Positions 51,116 to 61,197 are shown, numbered from the stretch's first letter. The stretch: 64,000 bases of DNA from Candidatus Latescibacterota bacterium (GCA_965205975.1 OZ242195.1:416001-480000), one strand, 5' to 3'. Translations and numbers: made by a program. The notes: generated by a model not told the origin, from the letters alone.

Positions 51116-51152
51116 AAATGCCCCTGTTTCATTGGTAGAAACAGGGGCGTTT
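51116..51152. terminator. Intrinsic terminator between convergent genes
   Basis: AAATGCCCCTGTTTC / GAAACAGGGGCGTTT stem. Confidence 0.75.
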
Positions 51153-51174
51153 GAGTTGGTATTAATGGGTTTAA

Positions 51175-52785
51175 TTACACTTCACGGCACGGCTTTCGCA
51201 CTATGACGAGGTTGAGGGTGGGATCCCGAAGGGCGTCTCGGAAGACAGCGCGCATCAGGTCGTCGGTGTCTTGTTCCTGGACTTCGCGGACTCGTGACGC
51301 TCCGCAGGCAAGGGCGAGGTCGCGCATAGTGACTTGTGGTCCGGCTTCGCCGTTTATTTGAACGCCCTGATCGGGAGTGGTTTGTCCGCCAGTGGTGAGC
51401 GAGCCACCATTGTCGAGTACCATAACAATGGGCGTTGCACCTGTGGCGCGCGCATGGACGAGGGCATTGATGCCGCCGTGATAAAAGGCGGAGTCGCCAC
51501 ATATTGCAATGGTGCGTTCGGCAATGTCCGTTTTGCTCAGACCACAGGCTACGCCAATAGCGGATCCCATCGAAAGTTTGGTGTCGAGCATGGGAGCGGC
51601 CATTACCACGCATCCCGGATCGGCAGATATAAAGGGGTTTTGGCCGAGGGCATTGGCTTCTTCGCGCAACGCAGTAAGGATTTCTGTGAAGGGACAGCCA
51701 GCGCAGTGGTTTTTGCGAAAAGGTTTTTCGCTTTCCCAATTTTCTTCGGTGTAGCGCGTGGTTGGCGAGAAACCGGAGAGATAGTTGTCGAGTGCGTTTT
51801 GTATGTGCCAGCGGAAGAGTTCACCCACGCTGGTGAGATGTCCCGTGCGCTTGCCCAGGATTGGTGGGGTAAAACCGGCGTCGTAACCAATGGCTTTGAT
51901 GGCGTCTTCAATATAGGGATCGACTTCTTCAACGACGAGTACTTCGCTACACTTTGCGAGAAAGTCCGCGATGAGTTTTTGAGGTAGGGGATACAGGGCA
52001 CTGAGTTTGAAGATGGAGAGGTCAGATGTGTCTGCTCCGTCGAGCGCATCAAGGAGTTTGGTATGTACCATGCCACAAGCTATGATGCCTTTTTTTCCAT
52101 CGCCATCTATGCTATTGAAGGGCAGGTCGCTAAATTGTGCGGTGGCACGCTCGATTTTTTCGTGTAATTCTGTGTGGTTGCCTTCGGTTGTGCGAAGTGC
52201 CGATATCCAGCTCATTGGCTCGCGGTCGGGTTCGCGGGTGGCGTGTTGCGCTGCGGGGCGAAACTCGGAAAGGGCTTGCGTGCTGACGCTGTAACTTCTG
52301 GTCAGGCGCAAGATCACGATGGATTGCAGGCTCTCTGAGTATTCAAAAGCCCATTTTATCATGTCGCGGCCTTCCCCAGGCGTGGCGGGTTCGAGCATTG
52401 GGAGTTCGGCCAGGGGGCCAAGGGTGCGCGTATCTTGCTCGTTTTGCGATCCCCAGGCACCGGGATCATCGCCCATGACAATGACGAGTCCGGCGTGTAC
52501 ACCGGTCATGTTGAGCACCATCAGGGTATCGAGCGCGACGTTCATGCCCACGCTTTTGAGACATACGAGCGCGCGCTTGCCGCCTTGTGATGCACCGGCA
52601 GCCATATCGAGGGCAATGCGTTCATTGATACACCATTCGGCGTGGTGTCCGTGGTCTTTGGCCATTTCGGCCATGGCGTTAAATGTGTTTGTGCCGGGTG
52701 AACCGGGATACCCGGTTACAACGCCGACGCCCGCTTCTACCGCACCCCATGCCAGGGCGCGTTCTCCGTCAATGGTTTGGGCCAT
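51175..52785 (-). CDS. iorA: Indolepyruvate:ferredoxin oxidoreductase alpha-like ThDP enzyme, without C-terminal ferredoxin domain
   Basis: GYPGSP, NE, KSVGMNVA.D, DDPG..SQNEQD, CAGCP, GDSAFYH...DN ThDP motif; ends at RKPCREV. Confidence 0.75.
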   Translation of the reverse strand: MAQTIDGERALAWGAVEAGVGVVTGYPGSPGTNTFNAMAEMAKDHGHHAEWCINERIALDMAAGASQGGKRALVCLKSVGMNVALDTLMVLNMTGVHAGLVIVMGDDPGAWGSQNEQDTRTLGPLAELPMLEPATPGEGRDMIKWAFEYSESLQSIVILRLTRSYSVSTQALSEFRPAAQHATREPDREPMSWISALRTTEGNHTELHEKIERATAQFSDLPFNSIDGDGKKGIIACGMVHTKLLDALDGADTSDLSIFKLSALYPLPQKLIADFLAKCSEVLVVEEVDPYIEDAIKAIGYDAGFTPPILGKRTGHLTSVGELFRWHIQNALDNYLSGFSPTTRYTEENWESEKPFRKNHCAGCPFTEILTALREEANALGQNPFISADPGCVVMAAPMLDTKLSMGSAIGVACGLSKTDIAERTIAICGDSAFYHGGINALVHARATGATPIVMVLDNGGSLTTGGQTTPDQGVQINGEAGPQVTMRDLALACGASRVREVQEQDTDDLMRAVFRDALRDPTLNLVIVRKPCREV

Positions 52786-52827
52786 TTTTGTACTCCTGAA
52801 TGAAAAACGGGTGATAACAATGGAAAT

Positions 52828-52856
52828 ATTAAAGTGTGTATGGGCGTATTTGTCAA
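52828..52856 (-). promoter_or_regulatory. Putative sigma70 promoter of the iorA-like gene
   Basis: Minus strand TTGACA-17 nt-TTTAAT. Confidence 0.6.
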
Positions 52857-52889
52857 GCACAGAAGGCGTTGTACGGCGATGGGATAGAA

Positions 52890-54259
52890 TCAAATAAATC
52901 CAATTATACGCCAGTATAATAGGGTCAGTGGAAGCAGTGCGATGAGCGTTATCAGAGAAATCAGCGACATCACGAGTACGAATTGGCCCATTCGGGCATA
53001 GCGAAAGCTGTACGCGACAATAAATGGCGCGCCCTGATAGGGGATGAAAACCACGCCTGTGCCAATTGCCAGGCTGAGGGCGATGGGTAGGGGCGACAGG
53101 CCGAGTTGAGGGCCGAGGTCGAGCAGAAAGGGGGCGAGCACGCCGCCAACCGCAGCGGTGTCCATTAAAAAATCAAATGGCACGGCCAGATACGCTATGA
53201 TGGCGAGTTGGGCAATGGGGGTTTCGACGGTTTGGAGATGGTGGATGAATACGGATGCGAGGGCGCGATTGAGGCCGGATTGTTCGAGGGCGTGACCGAT
53301 AGCAAAAACCGCGGAGATGAATATGAGAAGGGGAAAATTGACTTTTTGATGGTGTCAAAAGGCAAGGGTCCCCAGCCGGGTAGATAGCAGAGGAGGACGA
53401 GGCCCAGGCCGATATAGACCGGGTGTATGCCGTGTATAACATCGGTCGTCCACAGGAGAACACCTGCGATGAGAATGCCGAGTATTTTTTTTTCGGGACC
53501 GGTCATGTGGGCGGGAACATCGGCGATAGCGGAATGGCCCGAGAGATCGGGTTCCTTTGAGGGGCGAAATAGCAAACGGATAAGGCCGTAGAGCAGACCA
53601 ACGCGCAGGAGGCCAATGATGGGAAAGAGATAATAGGCCCATTCGCTCCAATAGACTGTGATATCGCGCGATTCGAGAACGCCGAGAATAACCAGATTGG
53701 GTACGCCGGCCGTCAGTATGCCCGTGCCGCTGTAATACGTGGCGCAGGTTAGCGAGAGGACGAGAGCAGCGCTGACTTTTGAGTTAGGAGCCTCGCCGAG
53801 GGTTTTGAGCAGAGATACGACCATAGGCATCAAGATGAGGACGCGCACGACGCCAGAGGGGATCAACAGTGCCATTGTGAGGCCCAGGATGTGCAGGCCA
53901 AAGACGAGTTGTCGATACCCACTCAGACGACCGAGTACGCTTTGGGCCATTCGCGCTCCCAAAGGCGTTTCGGTAATGCCGAGGCTCAATGCCATTCCGG
54001 CAAAGACGAGCCAGACAGCTTTGCCGGAAAAGCCCTGAAAAGTGGTTTCAAAAGAGAGGATGTCGAGAAGCGGGAAGAGTGTGAGGATGAAGATGGCGGT
54101 GTAGGAAATGGGGATGGGTTCAAAGGTCCAGAAAATAACGGTGAGCGCGGTGAAGGCGAGTGCCATGCGGGCAGATATGCCGAGGTCACTGGGGAAAATA
54201 CAAATAAATAGTGCCAGCGCGGGACCGAGGATGAGGCCAATGGTTTGAGATCGGGTCAT
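52890..54259 (-). pseudogene. SLC13/DASS family anion transporter split by a single frameshift
   Basis: ORF 53195-54259 loses hydrophobic character after DTIK. The -1 frame continues VNFPLLIFISAVFAIGHALEQSG... without a stop into ORF 52890-53183. Break at the 5-T run 53343-53347. Confidence 0.8.
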
Positions 54260-54397
54260 ATTAGTCGTTTATTTTTGGATGTGCCTGCAAGATAAGAGGG
54301 TATGAGGTGATGGACAAATGAATTGTGGGCAGATGGATTCGCTATTGATTAAGTACAAGAAATCGCGTAGTTTAGCGCGGAGAAAGGAGATAAGACT

Positions 54398-55567
54398 ATG
54401 AATTTTAGAGGCAAATTGGTTGATACGTCGCAGGTTGTGACCGTGCAAACAGATGGCGAGCAGATCGCGGCTATTCATCGCGGGAGGGAGGGTGATGCGG
54501 TTGGTGGAGACGATGTGTGGATTGCGCCAGCGATTTTTGATGTGCAGGTCAATGGTGTGGGTGGAATCAACTATAAAGCTAAAGATTTGACGGTGGAGAA
54601 AATTGTGGAGACGGCGGCGTGGATGCACAGGACGGGTACGGGTTTGTGGTGTCCCACGGTGACGACTTCATCTGAGGAAGATGCGGTTCACGGTCTGGAA
54701 CTGTTGGCAAAGGCGTGTGAAGAATCAAAAGACGCGCGTGCGTCTTTTGCCGGGTTCCACGTTGAGGGACCTTATATCGCGTCTGAAGACGGTCCCCGCG
54801 GGGCGCATCCCCTGGCGCATGTGCGCGATCCGGATTGGGATGAATTTCAGCGGTATCAAGAAGCGGCTGGTGGGCGTATTGCGATTTTTACGCTTGCGCC
54901 CGAGCGAGACGGCGCATTGGAGTTTATTGAGAAGGTGGCTGCAACGGGTGTTATTGTTTCAATTGGTCATTCGGGTGCAAGTCCCGAGCGCATCCAGGAG
55001 GCGGTTGCCGCCGGTGCCCAAATGTCAACCCATCTGGGCAATGGCGCGCATGCCGAGTTGCCGCGTCATCCCAATTATATATGGGAACAACTCGCGGCAG
55101 ATGCGTTGTGGGCAGGGATTATTCCGGACGGGTTTCACCTGCCGCCTGCGGTGTTGAAGAGTTTTTATCGCGCAAAAGGCAAAGAACGCCTGTGTCTGGT
55201 GAGCGATGTGGCATCTATCGCTGGCTTGTCGCCGGGTATTTACGGTGGTGAAAGCGGGTTAGGAAGGAGCGAGTTGCACGCCAATGGCAAAATTTCGCTG
55301 GCGGGAACGCCTTATCTCGCGGGTGCGGGTTTGTTTCTGGACAGTGGTATCCCCAATGCTGTGCGATTTACAGACGCTTCGCTGTCCGATGCTATTGAAA
55401 TGACATCGATCAATCCGGCGCGTTTGTTGGGGATAGAAGACCGCGTGGGGTCTGTGGAAGTCGGCAAAGAGGCGAGTTTGTCTTTGTTCCGCTGGGAAGA
55501 AGGGCAGGAGAAATTGGATGTGGTGGCGACGGTGGTGCGGGGGCAGGTTGTTTATCAGGCAGTATAA
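54398..55567 (+). CDS. nagA: N-acetylglucosamine-6-phosphate deacetylase family
   Basis: DVQVNG, HVEGPY, GAHP, TLAPE, GHS, THLGN, DGFH, LVSD. Confidence 0.85.
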   Translation: MNFRGKLVDTSQVVTVQTDGEQIAAIHRGREGDAVGGDDVWIAPAIFDVQVNGVGGINYKAKDLTVEKIVETAAWMHRTGTGLWCPTVTTSSEEDAVHGLELLAKACEESKDARASFAGFHVEGPYIASEDGPRGAHPLAHVRDPDWDEFQRYQEAAGGRIAIFTLAPERDGALEFIEKVAATGVIVSIGHSGASPERIQEAVAAGAQMSTHLGNGAHAELPRHPNYIWEQLAADALWAGIIPDGFHLPPAVLKSFYRAKGKERLCLVSDVASIAGLSPGIYGGESGLGRSELHANGKISLAGTPYLAGAGLFLDSGIPNAVRFTDASLSDAIEMTSINPARLLGIEDRVGSVEVGKEASLSLFRWEEGQEKLDVVATVVRGQVVYQAV

Positions 55568-55578
55568 AGGAATGTGAT

Positions 55579-56424
55579 ATGGCGAAAAAAAAGGTTGTTC
55601 TAACAGGTGCATCGGGCTATGTGGCGGGGCGGATGTTGCCGGCATTGCGCGAGAGGTACGATCTGACATTGTTGGATGTGAAGACGACCAACCGCGCAGG
55701 TGAAGAGGTTGGAGGCGTGCAAGTTGTGGATTTGGAAAACTCGGATCGGGATGCGTATCGCGCCCATTTTCAAGGTGCCGATGCTGTGGTACATAGCGGG
55801 TTTAAGGGGACTGTGGATTGGCAACACACGGATTATTGGAAGGAGTCCGATAATATTCGAATGTGCCACAATGTGTACCAGACTTGTGTCGAAGAGGGTG
55901 TGAAACGCATTGTGGTGATGAGTTCAAATCACGCATGCGATTTTTACGAGCGGTTGATCTGGTCCGACCGATTGGATTTTGCCACGGCTGATATGCTGCC
56001 TCTGTCTGATAATTTTTACGGTTGGGCAAAGTCGTCGTACGAACATCTGGCCTTTGTGTTTGCAACGGGTAATGCGACCAATGGCAAGCGGTTGGAGAGT
56101 GTCCACATTCGCATTGGCGCGCCCCGAGATACCATTATGGAAGGGCAGTCTGCAGATGATTTGAAGCAGTTGCACCGGGAATTGGGCGCGTATTTGAGTG
56201 CGCGAGATTTGTCTCAACTGGTGATTAAGAGTATTGAGACAGAGAATATTGAAGATGAAAATGGGGTGCCGTTTCAGGTATTTTTTGGCATTAGTGGGAA
56301 TACGCACCGGTTCTGGAATATCGACAATGCAAGGCGCGTTGTGGGATACGCGCCAGAGGATGATAGTCAGATTCGGTTTGCGGATCAAATCGCGGAAATT
56401 CTTGTAAACGCAAAACACCAGTAA
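55579..56424 (+). CDS. NAD-dependent epimerase/dehydratase (uronate-dehydrogenase-like SDR)
   Basis: TGASGYVA, SSNH, YGWAK, IRIG, GYAPED. Confidence 0.8.
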   Translation: MAKKKVVLTGASGYVAGRMLPALRERYDLTLLDVKTTNRAGEEVGGVQVVDLENSDRDAYRAHFQGADAVVHSGFKGTVDWQHTDYWKESDNIRMCHNVYQTCVEEGVKRIVVMSSNHACDFYERLIWSDRLDFATADMLPLSDNFYGWAKSSYEHLAFVFATGNATNGKRLESVHIRIGAPRDTIMEGQSADDLKQLHRELGAYLSARDLSQLVIKSIETENIEDENGVPFQVFFGISGNTHRFWNIDNARRVVGYAPEDDSQIRFADQIAEILVNAKHQ

Positions 56425-56434
56425 GGATGCATGT

Positions 56435-57565
56435 ATGTGGATCCGTATTATGTTGACCGTTTGTTCGGTGTTTGTGTTGACAGGTCCGGCATTGGCTGGC
56501 GACATGACCCACGTCCCGGACAGGGACTTCGATACGCTACGCGCCGCAGGAAACAGAAACCCCACAGGGATCTGGTCGGACGGGATGACCATGTGGGTGG
56601 CGGATAGGAGCGCTAAAATTTATGCCTACAACATGAGGTTCAGAGCACGTGACCGGGGCAGGGACTTCAATACGCTAGCCGCCGAAAACGAATCTCCTGC
56701 AGGGATCTGGTCAGACGGAACAACCATGTGGGTGGTGGACCTTGCTGACGGTAGGATTTATGCTTACAACATGAGATCTAAAGCCCGTGACAAGGACCAG
56801 GAATTCGATCTCGCCGTAGAACACGACGTCCCTGAAGGGATCTGGTCGGATGGGACAACCATGTGGGTGAAGGAAAGCTCTTACCAATTCGATAAAATTT
56901 ATGCCTACAACATGAGGTCTAAAGCTCGTGATCCGAACAAGGACTTCAATACGCTAAAAGACGCCGGAGAACAAAGCACTGACGGGATCTGGTCGGACGG
57001 GACGACCATGTTGGTAGCAGACGGATATCGGCATAAAATTTACGCCTACAACATGAGATCTAAAGCCCGTGACCGGGGCAAGGAATTCGATCTCGCCGCA
57101 GGAAACATCTCCCCTACGGGTATCTGGTCAGATGGAACGACTATATGGGTAGCGGACTACGGGGGCCACATTTATGCCTACGGCGGTCTGGGTGCCACCA
57201 GTGAGCAGGACATCCAGGACTTTTCAATGAAAATCAGCGGCTCGACGGGGACCCTGAAGATTTGCGTGCGAGACCACGAATGCGAAGATGGCGATAAGAT
57301 CCGCGTTGATGTAGATGGCAGGAGCATATTTTCCGGAGAGATTGACAACGACTGGGACTGCTACACGCTGGATGTGTGGGCAGGCGAGAGCTATGCGGTG
57401 GAATTAACAGCCCTCAACGGCACGGGATACAAGGGGGACTGTAGCTACCGAGACGAAAACACGGGTGAGATCCGCGTTACTGGAGAGAATACGGAAACGC
57501 AAGTATGGCGTCATAGGGGTGGTGCTGGATCGAAGGCCCGAATCATTGTGGAAACAGTCAGGTGA
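56435..57565 (+). CDS. Secreted protein with five GIWSDG beta-propeller-like repeats and a Cys-containing C-terminal beta domain
   Basis: Signal peptide (ALA-G); five ~46 aa repeats visible at protein and DNA level. Confidence 0.85.
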   Translation: MWIRIMLTVCSVFVLTGPALAGDMTHVPDRDFDTLRAAGNRNPTGIWSDGMTMWVADRSAKIYAYNMRFRARDRGRDFNTLAAENESPAGIWSDGTTMWVVDLADGRIYAYNMRSKARDKDQEFDLAVEHDVPEGIWSDGTTMWVKESSYQFDKIYAYNMRSKARDPNKDFNTLKDAGEQSTDGIWSDGTTMLVADGYRHKIYAYNMRSKARDRGKEFDLAAGNISPTGIWSDGTTIWVADYGGHIYAYGGLGATSEQDIQDFSMKISGSTGTLKICVRDHECEDGDKIRVDVDGRSIFSGEIDNDWDCYTLDVWAGESYAVELTALNGTGYKGDCSYRDENTGEIRVTGENTETQVWRHRGGAGSKARIIVETVR

Positions 57566-57621
57566 CCTCCAAATGGCGTCGTAAGCCGTGTCTGTTTTAA
57601 GCCTGCGAGAAAGGGTTCAGT

Positions 57622-58395
57622 ATGTGGCGTAAATTTGTAGTACTGGCAGTTGTGATGAGTTGTTGGCCGGTGTATTCAGTAAATTCCCAACCGAGTTTTC
57701 CAATACCTGAGATGGTGGTGATTCCATCGGGTAGTTTTAAGATGGGTTGCGTGTCGGGTATAAACTGCAATGATGATGAGAAGCCTGTGCATGAAGTGAA
57801 GATAGACTCGTTTGCCCTGTCGAAATATGAGGTGACGTTTGAGGAGTATGATGCTTTCACTGATGCGACGGGGCGCGAGCGTGCAGGCGATGGAGGCTGG
57901 GGTCGAGGTCGTCGTCCTGTGATCAGTGTTTCGTGGTATGATGCGATGATGTACGCAGAGTGGCTATCGGAGCAGACAGGGGATCGTTATCGTTTGCCGA
58001 GTGAGGCGGAGTGGGAGTATGCAGCGCGCGCTGGCTCAACGACGGTGTATAGCTGGGGCAACGAGATTGGTCGCAACCGCGCCAATTGTGATGGATGCGG
58101 CAGTGTGTGGGGTGGTGAGAGGTCAGCACTGGTGGGATCGTTCAGTGCCAATAAATGGGGTCTTCACGATATGCACGGCAATGTGATTGAGTGGGTGCTA
58201 GATTGTTGGAATAAGTATTACGAGGGGGCACCGACAGATGGTTTTGCCTGGTTGTCTGGAGACTGCTCTAAGCGCGTGGTGCGTGGTGGTGCGTGGACCT
58301 TCGTTCCGAGTGTCTTGCGTTCGGCGGATCGCAGCTGGCGCACCACCGATTTCCGGAGCTATTACAACGGTTTTCGAGTTGTCCGGGATCTTTAA
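57622..58395 (+). CDS. Secreted FGE-sulfatase/SUMF1 domain (C-type lectin fold) protein, non-catalytic
   Basis: F.MG, YEVT, PVI.VSW.DA, RLPSEAEWEYAARAG, DMHGNV.EW, RGG.W, GFRV. Lacks the catalytic Cys pair of true FGE. Confidence 0.9.
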   Translation: MWRKFVVLAVVMSCWPVYSVNSQPSFPIPEMVVIPSGSFKMGCVSGINCNDDEKPVHEVKIDSFALSKYEVTFEEYDAFTDATGRERAGDGGWGRGRRPVISVSWYDAMMYAEWLSEQTGDRYRLPSEAEWEYAARAGSTTVYSWGNEIGRNRANCDGCGSVWGGERSALVGSFSANKWGLHDMHGNVIEWVLDCWNKYYEGAPTDGFAWLSGDCSKRVVRGGAWTFVPSVLRSADRSWRTTDFRSYYNGFRVVRDL

Positions 58396-58485
58396 CTCCT
58401 GATTCTTTACCTCTTTACCTCGGTGACGGCACCTGTGCCGCGGTTATGTCCTCATAGCTCGTAAAGATGTTGACCGCGGCCAACC

Positions 58486-58651
58486 CGTGGTACGGGTGGT
58501 TTTGGGGTTGTCGATTACTTATGCCATTGTTCGCAATCACGATGGGGAGATTACTGGGGAGAGTGAACAGGGCGTGGGGACGACGTTCAGAGTGATTTTG
58601 CCGGTGGTGGGCGCAAGCTATCCGCAGATGAACGCAGATGGACGCGGATGA
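58486..58651 (+). pseudogene. C-terminal fragment of a histidine kinase HATPase_c domain
   Basis: RGTG (frameshift) LGLSITYAIVRNHDGEITGESEQGVGTTFRVILP; no upstream coding part. Confidence 0.75.
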
Positions 58652-58739
58652 AAGGCGAATCAGGATTTACAGAGTTTGCACGGGAACAGGGTAAATCTAA
58701 CGGGAAACCGATTGCGAACAAAATGAGCGTGTGTTTTAA

Positions 58740-61181
58740 TCATCTACACTTACGTAACAGCCCCTGAAGGTTTATCCTCGGATCGTTTATCATTTTCTTG
58801 GCAATCTCATAACCTAGTTCGCGGTATGCTTCAAACTGCTCTTCATCGAAAAACTGGTCGGCAGTGCTCTGGTCGGGAAAATCAGGATTTGCGCCTTTGT
58901 AGCCTTTGAGCCGTATGCCAAGGCCCTTAATCATTGTTGTTTTGAGCAGTATCAGCGTACTCTCAGTCTTTTTTTTGTCAGGGTAGATAATTTTGCCTTT
59001 GATATAGCCTCGTTCCGCAAACTTGATACCGACGGGATAAGCGTCGGTGTTCGGATCTCGATCAATGACCTTTTGGGGGTCTGGATCACGGGGAATGATG
59101 CGTTCCAGATAGTCGTCTTTGTCAAATTTGATTTTTGCCCCGAAGTCAGTGCCGATCCGGCGCACCAGAACTTGTAAGTCTGTAAAATTAAACTCGGGGT
59201 CAGCACTGCCGTCACAACAGATTATCACCTTCACTTTACGACGCACCAACTCATATACACCCAAGTTTTCGAAATGACCGCCGTCACTAATTTGAAGCAA
59301 CTTCTGGTGTGCTGCGTAGCCGCGTGGACTTAGTTCGTGGTAGGCGGCGCGAAAGTGATTTCCGACCTTTTGAGACCTGGATTTGTCAGGGTTGGGATGT
59401 GGGACCCAATAACCGAGGCGTACGTTCAGCAAGGACATCAGTAGGGACAACAAAGGTTTTCGTGTAGGGCCTGATCCTCCGGCACCTGTGTTTGGATTGG
59501 CGGAAGCCCCGGATATGGCTACTGCTGTCGCCAGAGTGAGGGGGTCTTTCTGCATATAACAGACGGTTTTTCTCCAACCCGTCGCTGTGCTACCACAATA
59601 CTTTGGCGAAAGAAGAAAGGCATCTCCACCCCTCACCCGCCATCTGGAATCGTCCGAATTAACCAGTATCACGTTGGTATTTATTAGATGATAAGGCGCG
59701 CGCGTGCGACACATATCACTCAGTTTCGCTTTGTTGGCCTTTATTGCGGCAGAGGGTTTTCCGTCCGTATTCGGGCAGGGCATGAATGCTTCCATGAGAC
59801 GGTCCCTATAGTAGCGGTGAATCGAGATGTAGTTGAGATTTACATACCAGCCTGTCACGAGCGAGATAACTTCGCCCACCAGGAGCACCCAATTGAACCA
59901 GGCATTATCAAAGTAAAACAAGGCCAGCTTATATGACACTAACGCCAGTCCATAGAGAAATAGGATGGACGCAAGCGATGCGAGAACACTGAGAGGAATC
60001 TTTCCCTTTCCGTTGTGACCTGAGCGGTAGAAAGACCACAACCCACCAACGATGCCGAGCGAGAGTAACGCGACACTGATTGCATTTGCGTTAGGATCCT
60101 TCAACCATTCTGCCACTGTCGGAAGTGATCCCACCACGAAGAGGCCCAGACCTATAAACAAAGGCCATGGGATCCACTTCTCAAATATCCGTCGGCAAAG
60201 GTATGGGTCTTTGAGAAGTTTGAGAAGTTTGAGGATGAGTTTTCGAGTGGATAGTGAATAACTTATACTCGCAAGCAGGAACACGATCCCCATAAGGCCC
60301 GAGAGACATAGCAGTAAACCAAGTTCACCCTCGTTGCATGCCCAGCATAATGCTTTGATTTTACTCCATAAGGCACTCCACCAATTACATTCTAACAAAT
60401 GGAAGACTACTTTGACGTCATTCCATAAATTATCCATACTGGCCCATGCCACTAACATGAATACGACCATAAAGCAGACATTCTTGATGATACTTCTTAC
60501 ATTCCTTATATCCCAACTAGCCCACGATACGAACATGATCACGGTCATAAGATAGACTGCCTTGTCACCCCATAAGTCTTCCCAATTAGCCTGCGCTACT
60601 AACATGAGCACGACCATAAGAGCGACCACCAGCGGTAGCCACACCAAAAGGTTGAGAAGGATGCCTCGGAGAATCACGGCGATTAGCGATGTTGTCGTGA
60701 TCCCGTTGCCAGGTATGAGGTATTTGCCGTGTAATCGCAGATGTTTGAGAATATTGAACTTGTTCTTGCGTAGTCGTTCTTTTCGCGGGCCCTCAACGCC
60801 GTATGGGAGATTAGCACTGGTGTTCCAGGAATCTCCATCTTTCTTTAGTTTCTTGGCTTTGTCGCTGAGGAGCCATGTCAAAGCACCTCCGATGTATCCG
60901 CCTCCCGAAACCGTCGAGAGATAATCCACATGTTTGAGGCAATCCTCTTTGGCGAGTCTTTGCAGAACTCCCAGTGAGAAGGTCGCCGACCGGATTCCTC
61001 CCCCAGAAAGTGCCAGACCAACGAGATTTTTTTTAAGTTTCTGTTTCTTGTTGGATTTGCAGTGGATAGATTTCCGTCTCTTGCATATGATTTTAAGTTC
61101 TTCATTCAAGATGTCCTTTGGAATCTTGAATGACTTACACTTGGGAGGCCATACATACGATTCATTTTGCTTGACTGCCAT
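58740..61181 (-). CDS. Patatin/cPLA2-like phospholipase with a multi-TM insertion
   Basis: LALSGGGIRSA, STVSGGG nucleophile, SDGGHFENLG; several TM helices between the catalytic halves; GGAGG RBS. Confidence 0.85.
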   Translation of the reverse strand: MAVKQNESYVWPPKCKSFKIPKDILNEELKIICKRRKSIHCKSNKKQKLKKNLVGLALSGGGIRSATFSLGVLQRLAKEDCLKHVDYLSTVSGGGYIGGALTWLLSDKAKKLKKDGDSWNTSANLPYGVEGPRKERLRKNKFNILKHLRLHGKYLIPGNGITTTSLIAVILRGILLNLLVWLPLVVALMVVLMLVAQANWEDLWGDKAVYLMTVIMFVSWASWDIRNVRSIIKNVCFMVVFMLVAWASMDNLWNDVKVVFHLLECNWWSALWSKIKALCWACNEGELGLLLCLSGLMGIVFLLASISYSLSTRKLILKLLKLLKDPYLCRRIFEKWIPWPLFIGLGLFVVGSLPTVAEWLKDPNANAISVALLSLGIVGGLWSFYRSGHNGKGKIPLSVLASLASILFLYGLALVSYKLALFYFDNAWFNWVLLVGEVISLVTGWYVNLNYISIHRYYRDRLMEAFMPCPNTDGKPSAAIKANKAKLSDMCRTRAPYHLINTNVILVNSDDSRWRVRGGDAFLLSPKYCGSTATGWRKTVCYMQKDPLTLATAVAISGASANPNTGAGGSGPTRKPLLSLLMSLLNVRLGYWVPHPNPDKSRSQKVGNHFRAAYHELSPRGYAAHQKLLQISDGGHFENLGVYELVRRKVKVIICCDGSADPEFNFTDLQVLVRRIGTDFGAKIKFDKDDYLERIIPRDPDPQKVIDRDPNTDAYPVGIKFAERGYIKGKIIYPDKKKTESTLILLKTTMIKGLGIRLKGYKGANPDFPDQSTADQFFDEEQFEAYRELGYEIAKKMINDPRINLQGLLRKCR

Positions 61182-61197
61182 TGGAACCTCCGATGCC

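Noticed and set aside
56520..57180. CRISPR-like regularly spaced DNA repeats
   Set aside because: The repeats are in-frame coding repeats of about 140 nt, without unique spacers or cas genes.
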